A stretch of DNA of 64,000 bases, taken from Nostoc sp. (GTDB lineage: Bacteria > Cyanobacteriota > Cyanobacteriia > Cyanobacteriales > Nostocaceae). Below are positions 1 through 10,880 of the stretch, piece after piece; the stretch's first letter is position 1; each line of letters starts with the position of its first letter. The stretch spans positions 96,001-160,000 of the forward strand of contig JBALDB010000032.1 of the NCBI GenBank assembly GCA_036918135.1. The letters run 5' to 3'. The position numbers and the translations under genes are program-made. The notes beneath the pieces are model-generated. The model did not search any database and was not told the origin of the DNA. It saw only the letters and a program-made list of their open reading frames with translations.

Positions 1-243
1 TAGTTATTTGAAATAACCCTTGATATGTCGGGCTTACATACAAGCTAAGCACTCTATTATTGATTTGAGCTATCCGCTTCTAATGAAGGCTAACTCTTTA
101 ATAAATGTCGCTTGTATTATTAATGTAGTATACGTAATATAGAATGTCAAGTGTCTGGGAAGCTAATTTTGTATTAGTGTAACCAGGTGTGTCGCTACAT
201 TCTTATCTCATCTGGCAAACAACTTTTGGCGGATATTTCACTG

Positions 244-346
244 ACAGCGGTTTTCAATTGAATAAAATACACTCGAAAAGAAAATTATTCTAAGTTAGTA
301 CAATTGTCCTAAAAGGCTATGGTCTATTGAATTGCAAATTGCTATA
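244..346. mobile_element. MITE-like element with imperfect terminal inverted repeats
   Basis: Left end ACAGCGGTTTTCAATTGAATA resembles the reverse complement of the right end (ATAGCAATTTGCAATTCAATA); ~100 bp, non-coding. Confidence 0.5.
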
Positions 347-493
347 TAGTCTGCATTTTGTCTAGTTTGGGGGACTATAACACCTACTAAGTAAAGTTTT
401 TGCCGGAAAGTTTGCTAAACGATACAAAAAAATGTCCCACTTTTTGCCAATATAGTAATATTATTTTCCAAAATTCACTTGGCAAAAATCGGC

Positions 494-1216
494 ATGAGTG
501 AGAAACCCATAGAAGATAACGGTAAGGCTTTTCTCGTTATACTTTTGCCCCTCTCTTTTTTGATTATTTTCCTAGTTGCCACTTGGAGAATTTTACTGGC
601 AGTAATTGTGCTGGTAATTGGCTTCAAGCTTTGGCAGGAATATCAATGGCAACAGTGGATTCGGCGAGTTAACCCCATTTTTCATCAGTTGGTTCGAGAA
701 AATCAGGGCAGGCTGACGCCAATGGATTTGGCAATCAGAGGCAATTTTCCTGGAACAACAGCAAAACGCTATTTAGATACTAAAGCTCAGGAATTTGGTG
801 CTAGTATTCTCAATTCTGAAGACGAAGGTCAGTCTTATTACTTTATAACTGCCAGCATTCTAGGCAACATACTTGACAGTAGTGAGCCTGTCAAAGAACT
901 TTCTGCTCAACCAATTAGCAAAAGTGCGCGTTCGCTTTTAGCACCACCGCCACCAACTCCACAGGAGGAAGAACTAGAAACAGAATCACTCCCACAGCCA
1001 ACTCACAACGAAGTTAGACAAACGCTAGAAAAACAATTAGTTTTTGGCTCTCTGATTCAATCTGAACTTGCCAAACGGCTAAATGTCTATTCCAGCACAG
1101 TTTATAAACGGCGAAACGACCCCGAATTTCCAGAGTGGAGTCGCAGCAGAGACCCCGATGGTATCGCTTGGTCATACTCGGAAAAAACTAAAGAGTTTTT
1201 CCCAGTGGAAGAATAA
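494..1216 (+). CDS. Hypothetical membrane protein (two N-terminal TM segments, Pro-rich linker, C-terminal HTH-like segment)
   Basis: ORF track 479..1216 (TTG); ATG at 494 preferred; hydrophobic N-terminus; QSELAKRLNVYSSTV resembles a helix-turn-helix. Confidence 0.75.
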   Translation: MSEKPIEDNGKAFLVILLPLSFLIIFLVATWRILLAVIVLVIGFKLWQEYQWQQWIRRVNPIFHQLVRENQGRLTPMDLAIRGNFPGTTAKRYLDTKAQEFGASILNSEDEGQSYYFITASILGNILDSSEPVKELSAQPISKSARSLLAPPPPTPQEEELETESLPQPTHNEVRQTLEKQLVFGSLIQSELAKRLNVYSSTVYKRRNDPEFPEWSRSRDPDGIAWSYSEKTKEFFPVEE

Positions 1217-1244
1217 AAGGGTAAAAGGCAAAAGTAAAGAACTT

Positions 1245-2390
1245 TCAGGCTTTACTTTTTACTTCTAAACCCACAGCTTCGCTGATGGAATTTAATCCGC
1301 TTTCTTCTAAATGAGAGAGCAAACCTCTAAGAATCCGACGTACCATCACTGGCCCTTCGTAAATCCAGCCTGTATAAACCTGAATTAAGCTAGCACCAGC
1401 GATAATTTTTTCCCAAGCATCTTCTGCGGAAAAAATGCCGCCAACGCCGATAATTGGGATTTGTCCTTGAGTTTGCTGCCAAATAAAGCGAATTACCTCA
1501 GTGGAGCGGGAGCGCAATGGTTCGCCGCTAATTCCGCCAGCTTCCGACTGGGGTGATTTACCAGTTGGCTCAATCGCCTGGGTTTTGAGTCCATCACGAC
1601 TGATAGTAGTGTTAGTAGCGATAATTCCAGCTAATTGATAAGTTTTAGCAAGAGTTATAATGTCAGCGATCGCTTCCCACGATAAATCTGGTGCAATCTT
1701 GACAAAAAGAGGTTTTTGTGATTTATTTTCTGATTGCAATAACTCTAAGATGGCACTGAGCATGGTTGCATCTTGGAGCGATCGTAACCCTGGTGTATTT
1801 GGCGAAGAGACATTAACAACAAAATAATCTCCCAAATCCTTTAGTAGGCGAAAACTATCAAGATAATCCTGTGCGGCTGCTTCCAAAGGAGTTATTTTAG
1901 ATTTACCTAAATTTATCCCTATAGGTATTGAACTTAACTGGTGCTTTTCGCCTGCCAATCTTGCCGCCATTGCCGCCGCACCACTATTATTAAATCCCAT
2001 GCGATTGAGAGCAGCTTTATCCAATGGCAAGCGAAACAAACGGGGACAAGGATTTCCTGGCTGTGGGTGAAAAGTTACAGTTCCCAACTCCGCAAAGCCA
2101 AAACCGAGACTAGGCCAAATGCCAGCAGCAACGCCATCCTTGTCAAACCCAGCAGCCAACCCTACAGGATTAGGAAAGCTTAGCCCAAACAAATTTTGTT
2201 CTAGGCGTGAATCGTACAAGCACAAAGATTTTCCTAAGCGGCGATTTAGCCAACTAGCAGGAGGATAAGTACCTGTTTGTGATAGCCAATTAAAACTGCG
2301 AATCGTCTGCTGGTGTAACCACTCTGGGTCTGCTTTTACCAGATTGAATAACAGTGGACGAATTGCAACTTGATAAATATCCATTAGCAT
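1245..2390 (-). CDS. pyrD: Dihydroorotate dehydrogenase (quinone), class 2
   Basis: [40 protein letters not shown] motifs. Confidence 0.97.
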   Translation of the reverse strand: MLMDIYQVAIRPLLFNLVKADPEWLHQQTIRSFNWLSQTGTYPPASWLNRRLGKSLCLYDSRLEQNLFGLSFPNPVGLAAGFDKDGVAAGIWPSLGFGFAELGTVTFHPQPGNPCPRLFRLPLDKAALNRMGFNNSGAAAMAARLAGEKHQLSSIPIGINLGKSKITPLEAAAQDYLDSFRLLKDLGDYFVVNVSSPNTPGLRSLQDATMLSAILELLQSENKSQKPLFVKIAPDLSWEAIADIITLAKTYQLAGIIATNTTISRDGLKTQAIEPTGKSPQSEAGGISGEPLRSRSTEVIRFIWQQTQGQIPIIGVGGIFSAEDAWEKIIAGASLIQVYTGWIYEGPVMVRRILRGLLSHLEESGLNSISEAVGLEVKSKA

Positions 2391-2511
2391 TATCTAGAAA
2401 GAATTGAGAATTTAGGAGTCATACCAATTTGCATTCACAAACGTAATTTCAAAATTTCTATTCTCCATCTCCCCACCTCCCTACTTCCCAATCTCCCCAA
2501 AGCAATAAGTC

Positions 2512-2638
2512 TAAGCTATTAAGTTTTTAAACTACACAGTCGCTCATGAAGTTTATCAATCGGCGACGGTTAAGTGTCAACTGTCAACAGTTAACAACCA
2601 ACACGAAAAGATGTGCAACTTAAAGCAAGGGCAGCTCA
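2512..2638. mobile_element. ~125-bp MITE-like repeat (copy 1; related to 40126..40247)
   Basis: TAAGCTA...TTTAAACTACAC and AAAAGATGTGCAACTTAAAGCAAGGGCAGCT ends match the reverse complement of 40126..40247; internal CAACAGT-type heptamers. Confidence 0.65.
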
Positions 2639-2674
2639 TTGATTTGGTGGGAGTCAATGTTAGGTTTGCAGGAG

Positions 2675-3637
2675 TTAGCGTTGAGAGCCAAAATCTTTTA
2701 AGAAGCGAAGTAAGGCTTCACTAACTACTTCGGGAGACTCCACGCTTACCCAATGACCAACACCAGGAATGATAATTTGTTCTTTCAAGTTCACAACCCA
2801 CTTGCTCATTTCATCCAGGTTCATTCCAGGAAACTTGAGTACTGGATCTTTTTCACCAGCAATGAACAATGCTGGTTGGGATATCTTTTTATCTTGTAGG
2901 TCAGGGGTAATTTCTATGTTCCGGTCAATGTTGCGATACCAATTTAATCCCCCACGAAAGCCACTGCGTTCGTACTGCTCTACATAATAATCTAGATCCT
3001 CTTGGGTTACCCCCAATGGTAGCTCTTCAGGATCGATTAACCCGTCTAGAAAACCGGAGGTTGATGGTTTAGGCTTGAAGAAATTTCCTTCAGGATTAGA
3101 GCCGCTAGCGCTAGTATAAATCATCCGCAACGAACGACGGATGTCAGCTTCAAATTCAGCTTCAGCAACTCCAGGCTTTTGGAAATATACCATGTACCAA
3201 AAGTTGTCTCCAAAATTCTCTTGTTTTGTGAATGCTCCAACTGGGTAACGAAAGTAGGGGACGCTCATCCCAACAACAGCATTGACTCGTTGTTGGTGTA
3301 GCAGTGCTGTGTTCCAGGCTACAGGCGCACCCCAATCATGTCCGACAACAGTGAAATTTTCATAACCAAGGGCATCGGCAATGCCAACAACATCTCCAGT
3401 TAAATTGATGATGTCATAAGCATTAACTTGTTCTGGGGCATCGCTGCCACCGTAACCTCGTTGGTCGGGAACAGCCACTTGGAAACCTGCTTCCACAAGC
3501 GGGTCGATTTGGTGACGCCACAGATACCAGCATTGAGGCCAACCGTGAAGCAAAATTACCAGAGGCCCCTGACCCTCAACAACTGTCCTCAGACTAACCC
3601 CATTTGTGTTGATAGTACGAAAGTTGCGTTGTTTCAT
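2675..3637 (-). CDS. Epoxide hydrolase-like alpha/beta hydrolase
   Basis: HGWP oxyanion motif, GHDWGA (Asp nucleophile), WY and NWYRN lid tyrosines, GVGHW catalytic His. Confidence 0.9.
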   Translation of the reverse strand: MKQRNFRTINTNGVSLRTVVEGQGPLVILLHGWPQCWYLWRHQIDPLVEAGFQVAVPDQRGYGGSDAPEQVNAYDIINLTGDVVGIADALGYENFTVVGHDWGAPVAWNTALLHQQRVNAVVGMSVPYFRYPVGAFTKQENFGDNFWYMVYFQKPGVAEAEFEADIRRSLRMIYTSASGSNPEGNFFKPKPSTSGFLDGLIDPEELPLGVTQEDLDYYVEQYERSGFRGGLNWYRNIDRNIEITPDLQDKKISQPALFIAGEKDPVLKFPGMNLDEMSKWVVNLKEQIIIPGVGHWVSVESPEVVSEALLRFLKDFGSQR

Positions 3638-3782
3638 ATTAAAACCTTTTGTTTTTCACTATTAACCTGTTAATACCTGTTTTAGTAACTACTGCTCGAT
3701 AGTTTAATACTTGTGGCGATATGATTCAGAGTGCGTTTGTGGGCATCTTATATATTACAAGTTACGTAAGACGATAAATCAG

Positions 3783-6731
3783 ATGGGGCAGCCGCAAAAA
3801 CCTATAGCCGCTGAACAGCAGATCCTTTCATTGGGGCGCGTCCTCCAGAGCGTCAGGGAAGAAGATGATGTTGATGTTCTGATTGAAATTGTTATTTCTT
3901 ATCTCCAAGAACAGTTTGACTACAAACTGATTTGGATTGCTCTTTACGATCGCCTGAATCACGTATTGTTCGGCAAAGGTGGTATCATTCCTCACAAAGA
4001 CACAAGTTTTTTACACCAAAAATTTGTTATTACTCCTGGAGATTTATTAGAGCAAGTAGTAATTGAACAGCATCCTTTAGGCGTAGCTGATTTGCGAGCG
4101 GAAATTCGTGCTGCCCAATGGCAAAAAGTTGCAGAAAAATTCAAAATTCAAGGAACAATCATCGTACCAATTCGCTATAAAGACCGTTGTTTAGGTTTGC
4201 TGTTACTGGGTTCAGAACGCTGGGGCTATCTACTGACAGGAGAAGCAAAAGCTCGTTTGATGATGGTTTTAGGCGAACTGGGAGCAGTGCTTTATCAACA
4301 TGAGATGCATTTGCAGCAAAAGCAAACCAGGCGAACCGATGAGCCATTATTAGAATTGCTAGAAAAACTACGCAACGTCAATAACTTGAATCAAAGACTA
4401 GAAGTAGCGGTGCAAGCAACGCATAAATTTGTCTCTCCCAACCGGACTAATATCTACTGGTTTGAGCGGGAAGGTCGCTATTTTTGGTGTCGAATGAGCA
4501 ATCAACTTGTGAAAATCGATTTTAATTCTAGCACTCAGCCAGCAGCGGGAATGACAGTGCAGGAATTGAGCGATTTTTATTATGCTTTGTCAGTGAACCA
4601 AATTGTCTCTATTGGTGATGCTCGCAGTTCCTTAAAAAGTCATTTTACAGCAAAATTGCTGCAACGGTTGAAGGTGCGATCGCTCTTGGCAGCTCCAATT
4701 ATTTGGCAAAAAAACTTGCTGGGTTTTCTGGCGGTGGAAAGTAATGAACCCCGGATTTGGACGGACACAGACAAAAATTTTGTCCAAGGTGCTGCTGGCT
4801 TAATTTCCCTAATTGCTCCTAACGAAAACACTGAAAGTACCATCAAACAGATTCAAGAAGATGCCCAACTAACTAGCCAGGTTGCCCAAGGTGTTTTTAA
4901 CGAACATGAACTTCAAGAAACTTTACAAATTTGTGCTAAAAGAGTTTTAACTCGATTTGCTGCGACGCGCTTTTTGCTGTTGCAGTACGACCCAGAGCAG
5001 AATAATTATCAATTTATTTATCAAAGTCAGCCGCATAACCGCCGGCCGTTGAAATTTCCCCTCGATACTCTCAAAGAATTAGATGGGCAACTTTTGCAAC
5101 GTTCAACTCAAGCGGTAGAGATTGAAAACTTAGATGAAGATTTACGCTTTTTTAATTGGCGTCCCTTGTTGTTAGAAAATGGGATGCGATCGCTACTTAT
5201 TTGTAAATGTCTTCACGGTCAAATACCGCCAGCACTTTTAGTCATTGCTCACGAAACCCATCGTTCTTGGACAACTCTAGAAAAAGAATTGCTTTGGGCT
5301 GTGAGTCAACAAATTGGTGTAATTGTTCGTCAGTGGCAGTTGCACACCCGCACTCAGCACCAGCAAAAAATTACACTTGCATTTGAGCGATGTCTAAATA
5401 TTCTCGCGGAATCAGAAAATAGCAAAATCGAGGCAGGAAAAAAGCATCTAGAATCTACAGCACTCGAACAAATAGCAGCGATTCTGGGCTGTCCGCTAGC
5501 GGTGCTATTTTCCTGGTCGCCTAGTGACAAATGGGCAGAAATTATACTTGGAGTCACTACCAGTAGTCAATTTGGGATTTTTGCCGATGCATCGATTTCT
5601 ATCCAAACTGAGGCGCTAATTCAGTGGGCACTGGATACAGAAAGTTATTTAACTCTCAAGGTGGACAATTTACCCCCGGAAACGCGTAAATGGTTAAATA
5701 CGCCAGACAAAGGGCAAATTTTCTTAATGAGCTTACGTACTAACACTGAGTATAAACCTACAGGTGTAGTTTTGTTGGCAGATACTCAAGAGCGTCGCTG
5801 GTCAGAACAAAGCTTGAATACCACAGCAACTCTGATTTCTCAATTAGCTTGGTGGCGTCGTCAAAAGCAAATTAACCACCTTTTAGAGTCCACAACCGAG
5901 GAATTACAACAACTTAACTGGTACAAACATCGTCGCCTAGAGGAAATCCAAAGAATAACAGCGCTGTCTTTGAGTCAAATACACGATTTAGGCATTCCTG
6001 CAAATGAACTTACTCAGATGCGCTACCAGCTGTTACTACGGCAATTAGACCACGCAGCTACCTCTATGAGTGGATTGCTAAAACTAGAGCAATGGCAGCT
6101 ACACAAGAGTTGGGAAACTATGCCCATAGCTAGTTTATTAAAGCGATCGCTCGAACGCATCGATAATTTAGTCAAACAACAAAAGCTATGGATTGGTGTG
6201 CATGGTTTAGGACAACCAATTGAAGATGGAGAATCACCAAAAAGTTGTTTATTACCTAGAGGTATTTCTAGCTCCAACGCTCAATCAGGAATGGCGATCG
6301 CCGGGGATGTGATCAAAATTGAATTAGTGATTCATGAATTATTAGTTAATGCCTGTAATCGTTCTCCAAGCGGCGGCAGAATTGATATTTGGTGTCGCCG
6401 TTTAACTGACCATAAATTCACAGATATCAAGAGAAATATATTCCAGCTGGGGCAAGATTCTGCTGTCAGAGTAGGGGTTGCTTATCAGAAATTCTTAGAA
6501 CTGTCAATTACACACAATGGTGCGATCGAACCACAGCTATTAACAGATTTAGATAAAAATACACTTAAAGATGTCCTTGCTCCCTCTAACCTTAACCAAC
6601 CACCAGGTTTGCACCTGCTAATTTGTCAAAACCTGATGCAGGAACTAGGAGGAGAAGTGAATTTCTATCAATTACCCGATAATCGAGTAGTTAACCGTTT
6701 ACTTTTGCCGTTAGCTGGTAATGATTCCTAA
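3783..6731 (+). CDS. Multi-GAF domain protein with degenerate histidine-kinase-like C-terminus
   Basis: ORF track 3711..6731, ATG at 3783 preferred; repeated GAF-type segments (IIVPIRYKDRCLGLL, LLAAPIIWQKNLLGFL, RSWTTLEKELL); ELLVNAC N-box. Confidence 0.85.
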   Translation: MGQPQKPIAAEQQILSLGRVLQSVREEDDVDVLIEIVISYLQEQFDYKLIWIALYDRLNHVLFGKGGIIPHKDTSFLHQKFVITPGDLLEQVVIEQHPLGVADLRAEIRAAQWQKVAEKFKIQGTIIVPIRYKDRCLGLLLLGSERWGYLLTGEAKARLMMVLGELGAVLYQHEMHLQQKQTRRTDEPLLELLEKLRNVNNLNQRLEVAVQATHKFVSPNRTNIYWFEREGRYFWCRMSNQLVKIDFNSSTQPAAGMTVQELSDFYYALSVNQIVSIGDARSSLKSHFTAKLLQRLKVRSLLAAPIIWQKNLLGFLAVESNEPRIWTDTDKNFVQGAAGLISLIAPNENTESTIKQIQEDAQLTSQVAQGVFNEHELQETLQICAKRVLTRFAATRFLLLQYDPEQNNYQFIYQSQPHNRRPLKFPLDTLKELDGQLLQRSTQAVEIENLDEDLRFFNWRPLLLENGMRSLLICKCLHGQIPPALLVIAHETHRSWTTLEKELLWAVSQQIGVIVRQWQLHTRTQHQQKITLAFERCLNILAESENSKIEAGKKHLESTALEQIAAILGCPLAVLFSWSPSDKWAEIILGVTTSSQFGIFADASISIQTEALIQWALDTESYLTLKVDNLPPETRKWLNTPDKGQIFLMSLRTNTEYKPTGVVLLADTQERRWSEQSLNTTATLISQLAWWRRQKQINHLLESTTEELQQLNWYKHRRLEEIQRITALSLSQIHDLGIPANELTQMRYQLLLRQLDHAATSMSGLLKLEQWQLHKSWETMPIASLLKRSLERIDNLVKQQKLWIGVHGLGQPIEDGESPKSCLLPRGISSSNAQSGMAIAGDVIKIELVIHELLVNACNRSPSGGRIDIWCRRLTDHKFTDIKRNIFQLGQDSAVRVGVAYQKFLELSITHNGAIEPQLLTDLDKNTLKDVLAPSNLNQPPGLHLLICQNLMQELGGEVNFYQLPDNRVVNRLLLPLAGNDS

Positions 6732-6962
6732 ATATATAGCAGCAGAATTCAGGAGTCAGAATTGAGAATTTACTACGAATTAAAGTGCGAGTAGCGTGAA
6801 TTTAGCCGATTTAAGTTTCTCAACTTTGTAAGAGAGCGGCGGGTCTATTTTGGAAAGTTCAGATGTCTGATGACAAGCCGATGCAGCGTCTATGGCAAAA
6901 GCCACCTCGTGACTTTTTGCTAAATCCTTACTAATATATTCTAAATTCTGCATTCTCTTGAA

Positions 6963-7340
6963 TCAAAAGCCCAAGACATTCATTGATTTTTCAAGTACTT
7001 CTTTAGGGCGAAATGGTTTAGTTAGATATAAGTCTGCACCAACCTCAACTCCTTTTTGTTTATCAAATTCCTGTCCTTTAGCTGTCAAAATCACAATGTA
7101 GATGTCATTCATTTGCAACTCGTGTTTCACAATCTCGCAAACTTTTAGACCATTCATTTTAGGCATCATCACATCAAGAAAAACCAGATTTGGTTTTTGC
7201 GTTTTAATAATTTCTAGAGCTTCTTCACCATTTTTAGCAGTTAAAAGTTCAACGCCTTCATCTTCTAAAGCTTCTAAGGCTTGTTCCATCAAAATCAAGA
7301 TATTAGGTTCATCGTCAACAATTAGAATTTTTTGGGTCAT
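6963..7340 (-). CDS. Single-domain response regulator (CheY-like receiver)
   Basis: ILIVDDE, FLDVMMPKMNG, LTAKG, YLTKPF. Confidence 0.95.
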   Translation of the reverse strand: MTQKILIVDDEPNILILMEQALEALEDEGVELLTAKNGEEALEIIKTQKPNLVFLDVMMPKMNGLKVCEIVKHELQMNDIYIVILTAKGQEFDKQKGVEVGADLYLTKPFRPKEVLEKSMNVLGF

Positions 7341-7490
7341 AGGATTGGGGAATGGAGTATTGGTATTGGGCAGGGAGCAGGGGGCAAACAGCGCAAATAA
7401 AGAGTGTGGCAGGGATAGTTAGGATTGTTGCTTTTTTATAATCTCCCCACACTCCCTCATCTTCTTACTCCCCACTCCTCATTCTCTAAA

Positions 7491-10400
7491 TTAGCGATCG
7501 GATAGCATAATAAAGAATACATTCTCCAACTGTTTCTCAAAGCGTAGGGTTTTCACCAAATCGGCTTTTTGAGAGAAGATAGAATCAATAATGATCATGT
7601 CAGGTTTAACTGACAAAGCTTTATGGATGCATTCTTGGGGATTTGAAGCTTCAATGACGCTGTATCCCTGAGTTTGTAGCACGTCAGATATGGTTTTTAA
7701 GGTTGAGGCATTTTCATCGACAACTAATACCTTTTTACTGGAAGTGCCTTGAGTAAGTAGTAAGCCAATTTCGCTCAGAAGATTCTCTGTATTGATAGGC
7801 TTAGTAAGATAGCGATCGATGCCAATATGGTAGCCCCGTTCCTTGTTTTCAACAATTGACAAAATGATGATCGGAATATCTGCGGTTTGAGGATCGTTTT
7901 TCAGGACGGCTGCCACATCGAAGCCGTTGATTTGAGGCATCATCACATCTAAAAGAATCAAATCTGGACGGGCTATTTTAATTTGATGAATTGCGTGCAT
8001 TCCGTCTTTGGCTTCCCGAACGTTGTAGCCTTCGTTTTCCAATTGTTGACGCAGCAGTTCCCGAATATTGGCATCATCATCTACCACTAAAATGGTTTTG
8101 CGGTTTTCGTTGGGCAGAGTGTTTGTAGTGATGACGTGTTCTTTGAGTTGTTTTACCAAGGCATCTAAATTCAGCTTGGCATCGGTTTTGTGATTGTTAG
8201 TGTAAATCGGAATGATGAACGAAAACATACTACCCTTACCAGACTGACTTTCCACCCAGATTCTACCGCCGTGATGTTCAACGATTTGTTTGCAGATGGG
8301 CAGTCCTAAGCCCGTACCTTTGGGTTTGTCGGTGAGGGTGTCGCCAACTTGCCGGAATTTCTCAAACACTTTCGGCTGGTCTTCAGGTGCAATGCCAACG
8401 CCTGTGTCAATGATGCTAAAGCAAAGAGCGTCGTTCTCTTGTTTGATGCAGCAGGTGATAGAACCAGATTGGGTAAACTTGATAGCATTGGAAATCAAGT
8501 TGATCAAGACTTGGAGTAGACGGTTGCGATCGCCTACTACTTCAGGTAATCCTGGTTCAATTTCGGTAATTAGCTCTAAGCCATTGGTTTCAAATAACGC
8601 CGCTGTGGAAGTAGTCGCCCAATCTAGTAACTCAGTTGGGTCAAGGGGTTGCATTTGCCATTCCACTTTACCTGCTTCCATCTTGGCAATGTCTAAGACA
8701 TCGTTAATTAAAGATGTCAATCGTTCTGCCTCAGACACAATAATGTTGAGATTGTCACCTACCCGCTTGATTGTTTTCTGAAGCTTACGGTCTTCGCCAG
8801 TAAGCATGGGGAAGACATCGCTTTCCAGCTTTTCTTTAATAATCGAGGCAAAACCGAGAACAGAAGTCAGTGGTGTCCGCAGTTCGTGAGAAACTGTGGA
8901 GATGAAATCGGTCTTCATCTTATCGATTTCCTTTTCCACAGTTACATCCCGAATCAGCAGCGCCGAACCAAAGCAAGCAGCAGGTTCATTGCCTGACCCT
9001 CTTTTGAAGATGGCGGCAGCTACTGCTTGACCGATACGTTCCTTTACCAGGGTAACCTCAGCAGCTAACACCTCGCTGGGATGAGATTGGGTTTTTTCCA
9101 CTAAGTCTGCTAAACCGGATATCGGTAGTTTGCGATAGTGGCCTTTGAGGGTGTCGGCTGTCAATCCATACATAGCTAAAAAGGCAGGATTGAAGTGGGT
9201 GATTTGTCCGGTAGTGTCTGTCACTAACAAACCATCCGCTAAGTTGTCCAAAATGGCATTTAAACCTTGGGCTTCTGCTAGGGTATTTTCTAAGGCAGCC
9301 GTCCGTTCTGTAACTTTAGCCTCCAGTTGTTGATTCAGTTGCCGCAGCGCGATTTCTGCTTGTTTGCGGGCTGTGATGTCAGTATTGATTTCTAAGACAG
9401 CGCAAGCCTGACCAGAAATGCTCCGTTGCAGCGTCCATCGGCTTTGAACGGTAATCAGCTGACCATTGCGGGTGAAGTGTTGCACTTCTCCTTCCCAATT
9501 CCCTTGCTGTAATAATTCTGCGAAGATTGTTTCTTTTGGTTGGGGAAAAATTTTTTTGAGAAATGTGTAAATGTATTGGTTTTTTACTTCCTCACGCGTC
9601 CAGCCGTAAAGCCTTTGTGCGCCTTGATTCCAGTACAAGATTTTGTCAGTCATGTCGCGGATGATAACGGCATCGCTGGAATGATTCAACATATCCATCA
9701 GCCGTTGATTTTCCGCTTCTGCTAACTTGCGATCGTTGATATCGCTACAAGTACCAATCCATTCTCGAATACTGCCGTCTGCTTCCAGTACGGGGGCACC
9801 ACAAACTGAGAAGTAGCGGTGTATACCATCCTTGCCACGTAGGCGGTATTCAGTTTGATAAAGACCTCGGTTGGCCACAGCAGTATTCCAAACTTCTGCG
9901 GATTCGGCGCGATCGTCAGGGTGAATTGGATCGAGCCAACCCCAACCTGTGACTTCCTCTTGTGTCTGTCCTGTGTAGGCTATCCAGGTTAGCATTTCAT
10001 TGCCGATCCCCAGCCCTTCTGGAGTAGCTCCCCAGACGATCTGTGAAGTAGCAGTCACTAAAGTGCTATATCGTTCTTTAAGACGCTGATTTTCCGCTTC
10101 TGCTAGCTTGCGATCGTGAATATCAGTACAGGTGCCAATCCACTCGCGAACGCTGCCGTCTTCTTCGATTACCGGGGCACCCCAGACCCAAAAGTAGCGA
10201 TAATTACCATCTTTGCCGCGAATTCGGTATTCAATTTGATATAGACTGCGGTTGGTTACGGCAGTACTCCAGACTTCTCCAGTGTAGGCGCGATCGTCAG
10301 GATGAAGGGCGTTAATCCATCCTCCATTCTCAGCTTCAGCTAAACTTTGACCTGTGTAGGCAATCCAGCTTGCCAATTCAAAGCAAATTCCTTCTGGTGT

Positions 10401-10880
10401 GCTAACCCAAATAATTTGGGTGTTAGTTGTTACTAGAGAGCGGTATCGTGCTTCACTCTGTTTCAAGATTTTTTCAGCGTCTTCGCGTTCTTTGTGGGCA
10501 CGCTTGAGGTCGCTAATGTCCTCCACAGTTGACAAAATTAGCCGCTCCCCATCCTTCTCAACCAGTACTGCCGAAAGCCTGACCGGAACCAAATGCCCGT
10601 TTTTGTGGATGTAATCTTTTTCACAAGGTTCGCAGCGGCCATTTCGTTCTAAGCTCTCTAGCATCGTTGATTGAGCGCCATACTTCTGCGGTGTCATCTC
10701 CCAATAGTTAACATTCAAGGTTTGGGGGACAGTCCGCCCCAAAATAGCTGCATAAGCAGGATTGATGTCAATCACTGTCCCATTTAGCCGGGACAGTACT
10801 AGACCAACTGGACATTGTTCAAATAGCTGACGGTAATATTCATCAACTTGGCTAGGCATGGTTGAGGTTTCCTCAGTCAT
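7491..10880 (-). CDS. Hybrid sensor histidine kinase (multiple PAS domains, HisKA, HATPase, receiver plus truncated second receiver)
   Basis: PAS repeats (HPDDRA), VSHELRTPL H-box, NLISNAIKFT, DTGVGI, GTGLGL, VVDDD...LDVMMP. Confidence 0.95.
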   Translation of the reverse strand: MTEETSTMPSQVDEYYRQLFEQCPVGLVLSRLNGTVIDINPAYAAILGRTVPQTLNVNYWEMTPQKYGAQSTMLESLERNGRCEPCEKDYIHKNGHLVPVRLSAVLVEKDGERLILSTVEDISDLKRAHKEREDAEKILKQSEARYRSLVTTNTQIIWVSTPEGICFELASWIAYTGQSLAEAENGGWINALHPDDRAYTGEVWSTAVTNRSLYQIEYRIRGKDGNYRYFWVWGAPVIEEDGSVREWIGTCTDIHDRKLAEAENQRLKERYSTLVTATSQIVWGATPEGLGIGNEMLTWIAYTGQTQEEVTGWGWLDPIHPDDRAESAEVWNTAVANRGLYQTEYRLRGKDGIHRYFSVCGAPVLEADGSIREWIGTCSDINDRKLAEAENQRLMDMLNHSSDAVIIRDMTDKILYWNQGAQRLYGWTREEVKNQYIYTFLKKIFPQPKETIFAELLQQGNWEGEVQHFTRNGQLITVQSRWTLQRSISGQACAVLEINTDITARKQAEIALRQLNQQLEAKVTERTAALENTLAEAQGLNAILDNLADGLLVTDTTGQITHFNPAFLAMYGLTADTLKGHYRKLPISGLADLVEKTQSHPSEVLAAEVTLVKERIGQAVAAAIFKRGSGNEPAACFGSALLIRDVTVEKEIDKMKTDFISTVSHELRTPLTSVLGFASIIKEKLESDVFPMLTGEDRKLQKTIKRVGDNLNIIVSEAERLTSLINDVLDIAKMEAGKVEWQMQPLDPTELLDWATTSTAALFETNGLELITEIEPGLPEVVGDRNRLLQVLINLISNAIKFTQSGSITCCIKQENDALCFSIIDTGVGIAPEDQPKVFEKFRQVGDTLTDKPKGTGLGLPICKQIVEHHGGRIWVESQSGKGSMFSFIIPIYTNNHKTDAKLNLDALVKQLKEHVITTNTLPNENRKTILVVDDDANIRELLRQQLENEGYNVREAKDGMHAIHQIKIARPDLILLDVMMPQINGFDVAAVLKNDPQTADIPIIILSIVENKERGYHIGIDRYLTKPINTENLLSEIGLLLTQGTSSKKVLVVDENASTLKTISDVLQTQGYSVIEASNPQECIHKALSVKPDMIIIDSIFSQKADLVKTLRFEKQLENVFFIMLSDR

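Noticed and set aside
297..310. AGTACAATTGTCCT as a LexA-like box
   Set aside because: Mismatch to the cyanobacterial consensus and located inside a MITE-like element
6775..6930. Moderately GC-rich stretch between convergent genes as an IS remnant or sRNA
   Set aside because: No TIRs, ORF similarity or convincing structure identifiable by eye
8290..8781. 163-aa plus-strand ORF and other ORFs nested antisense within long genes
   Set aside because: Shadow ORFs opposite well-supported genes (kinase, clpB, comB and others)
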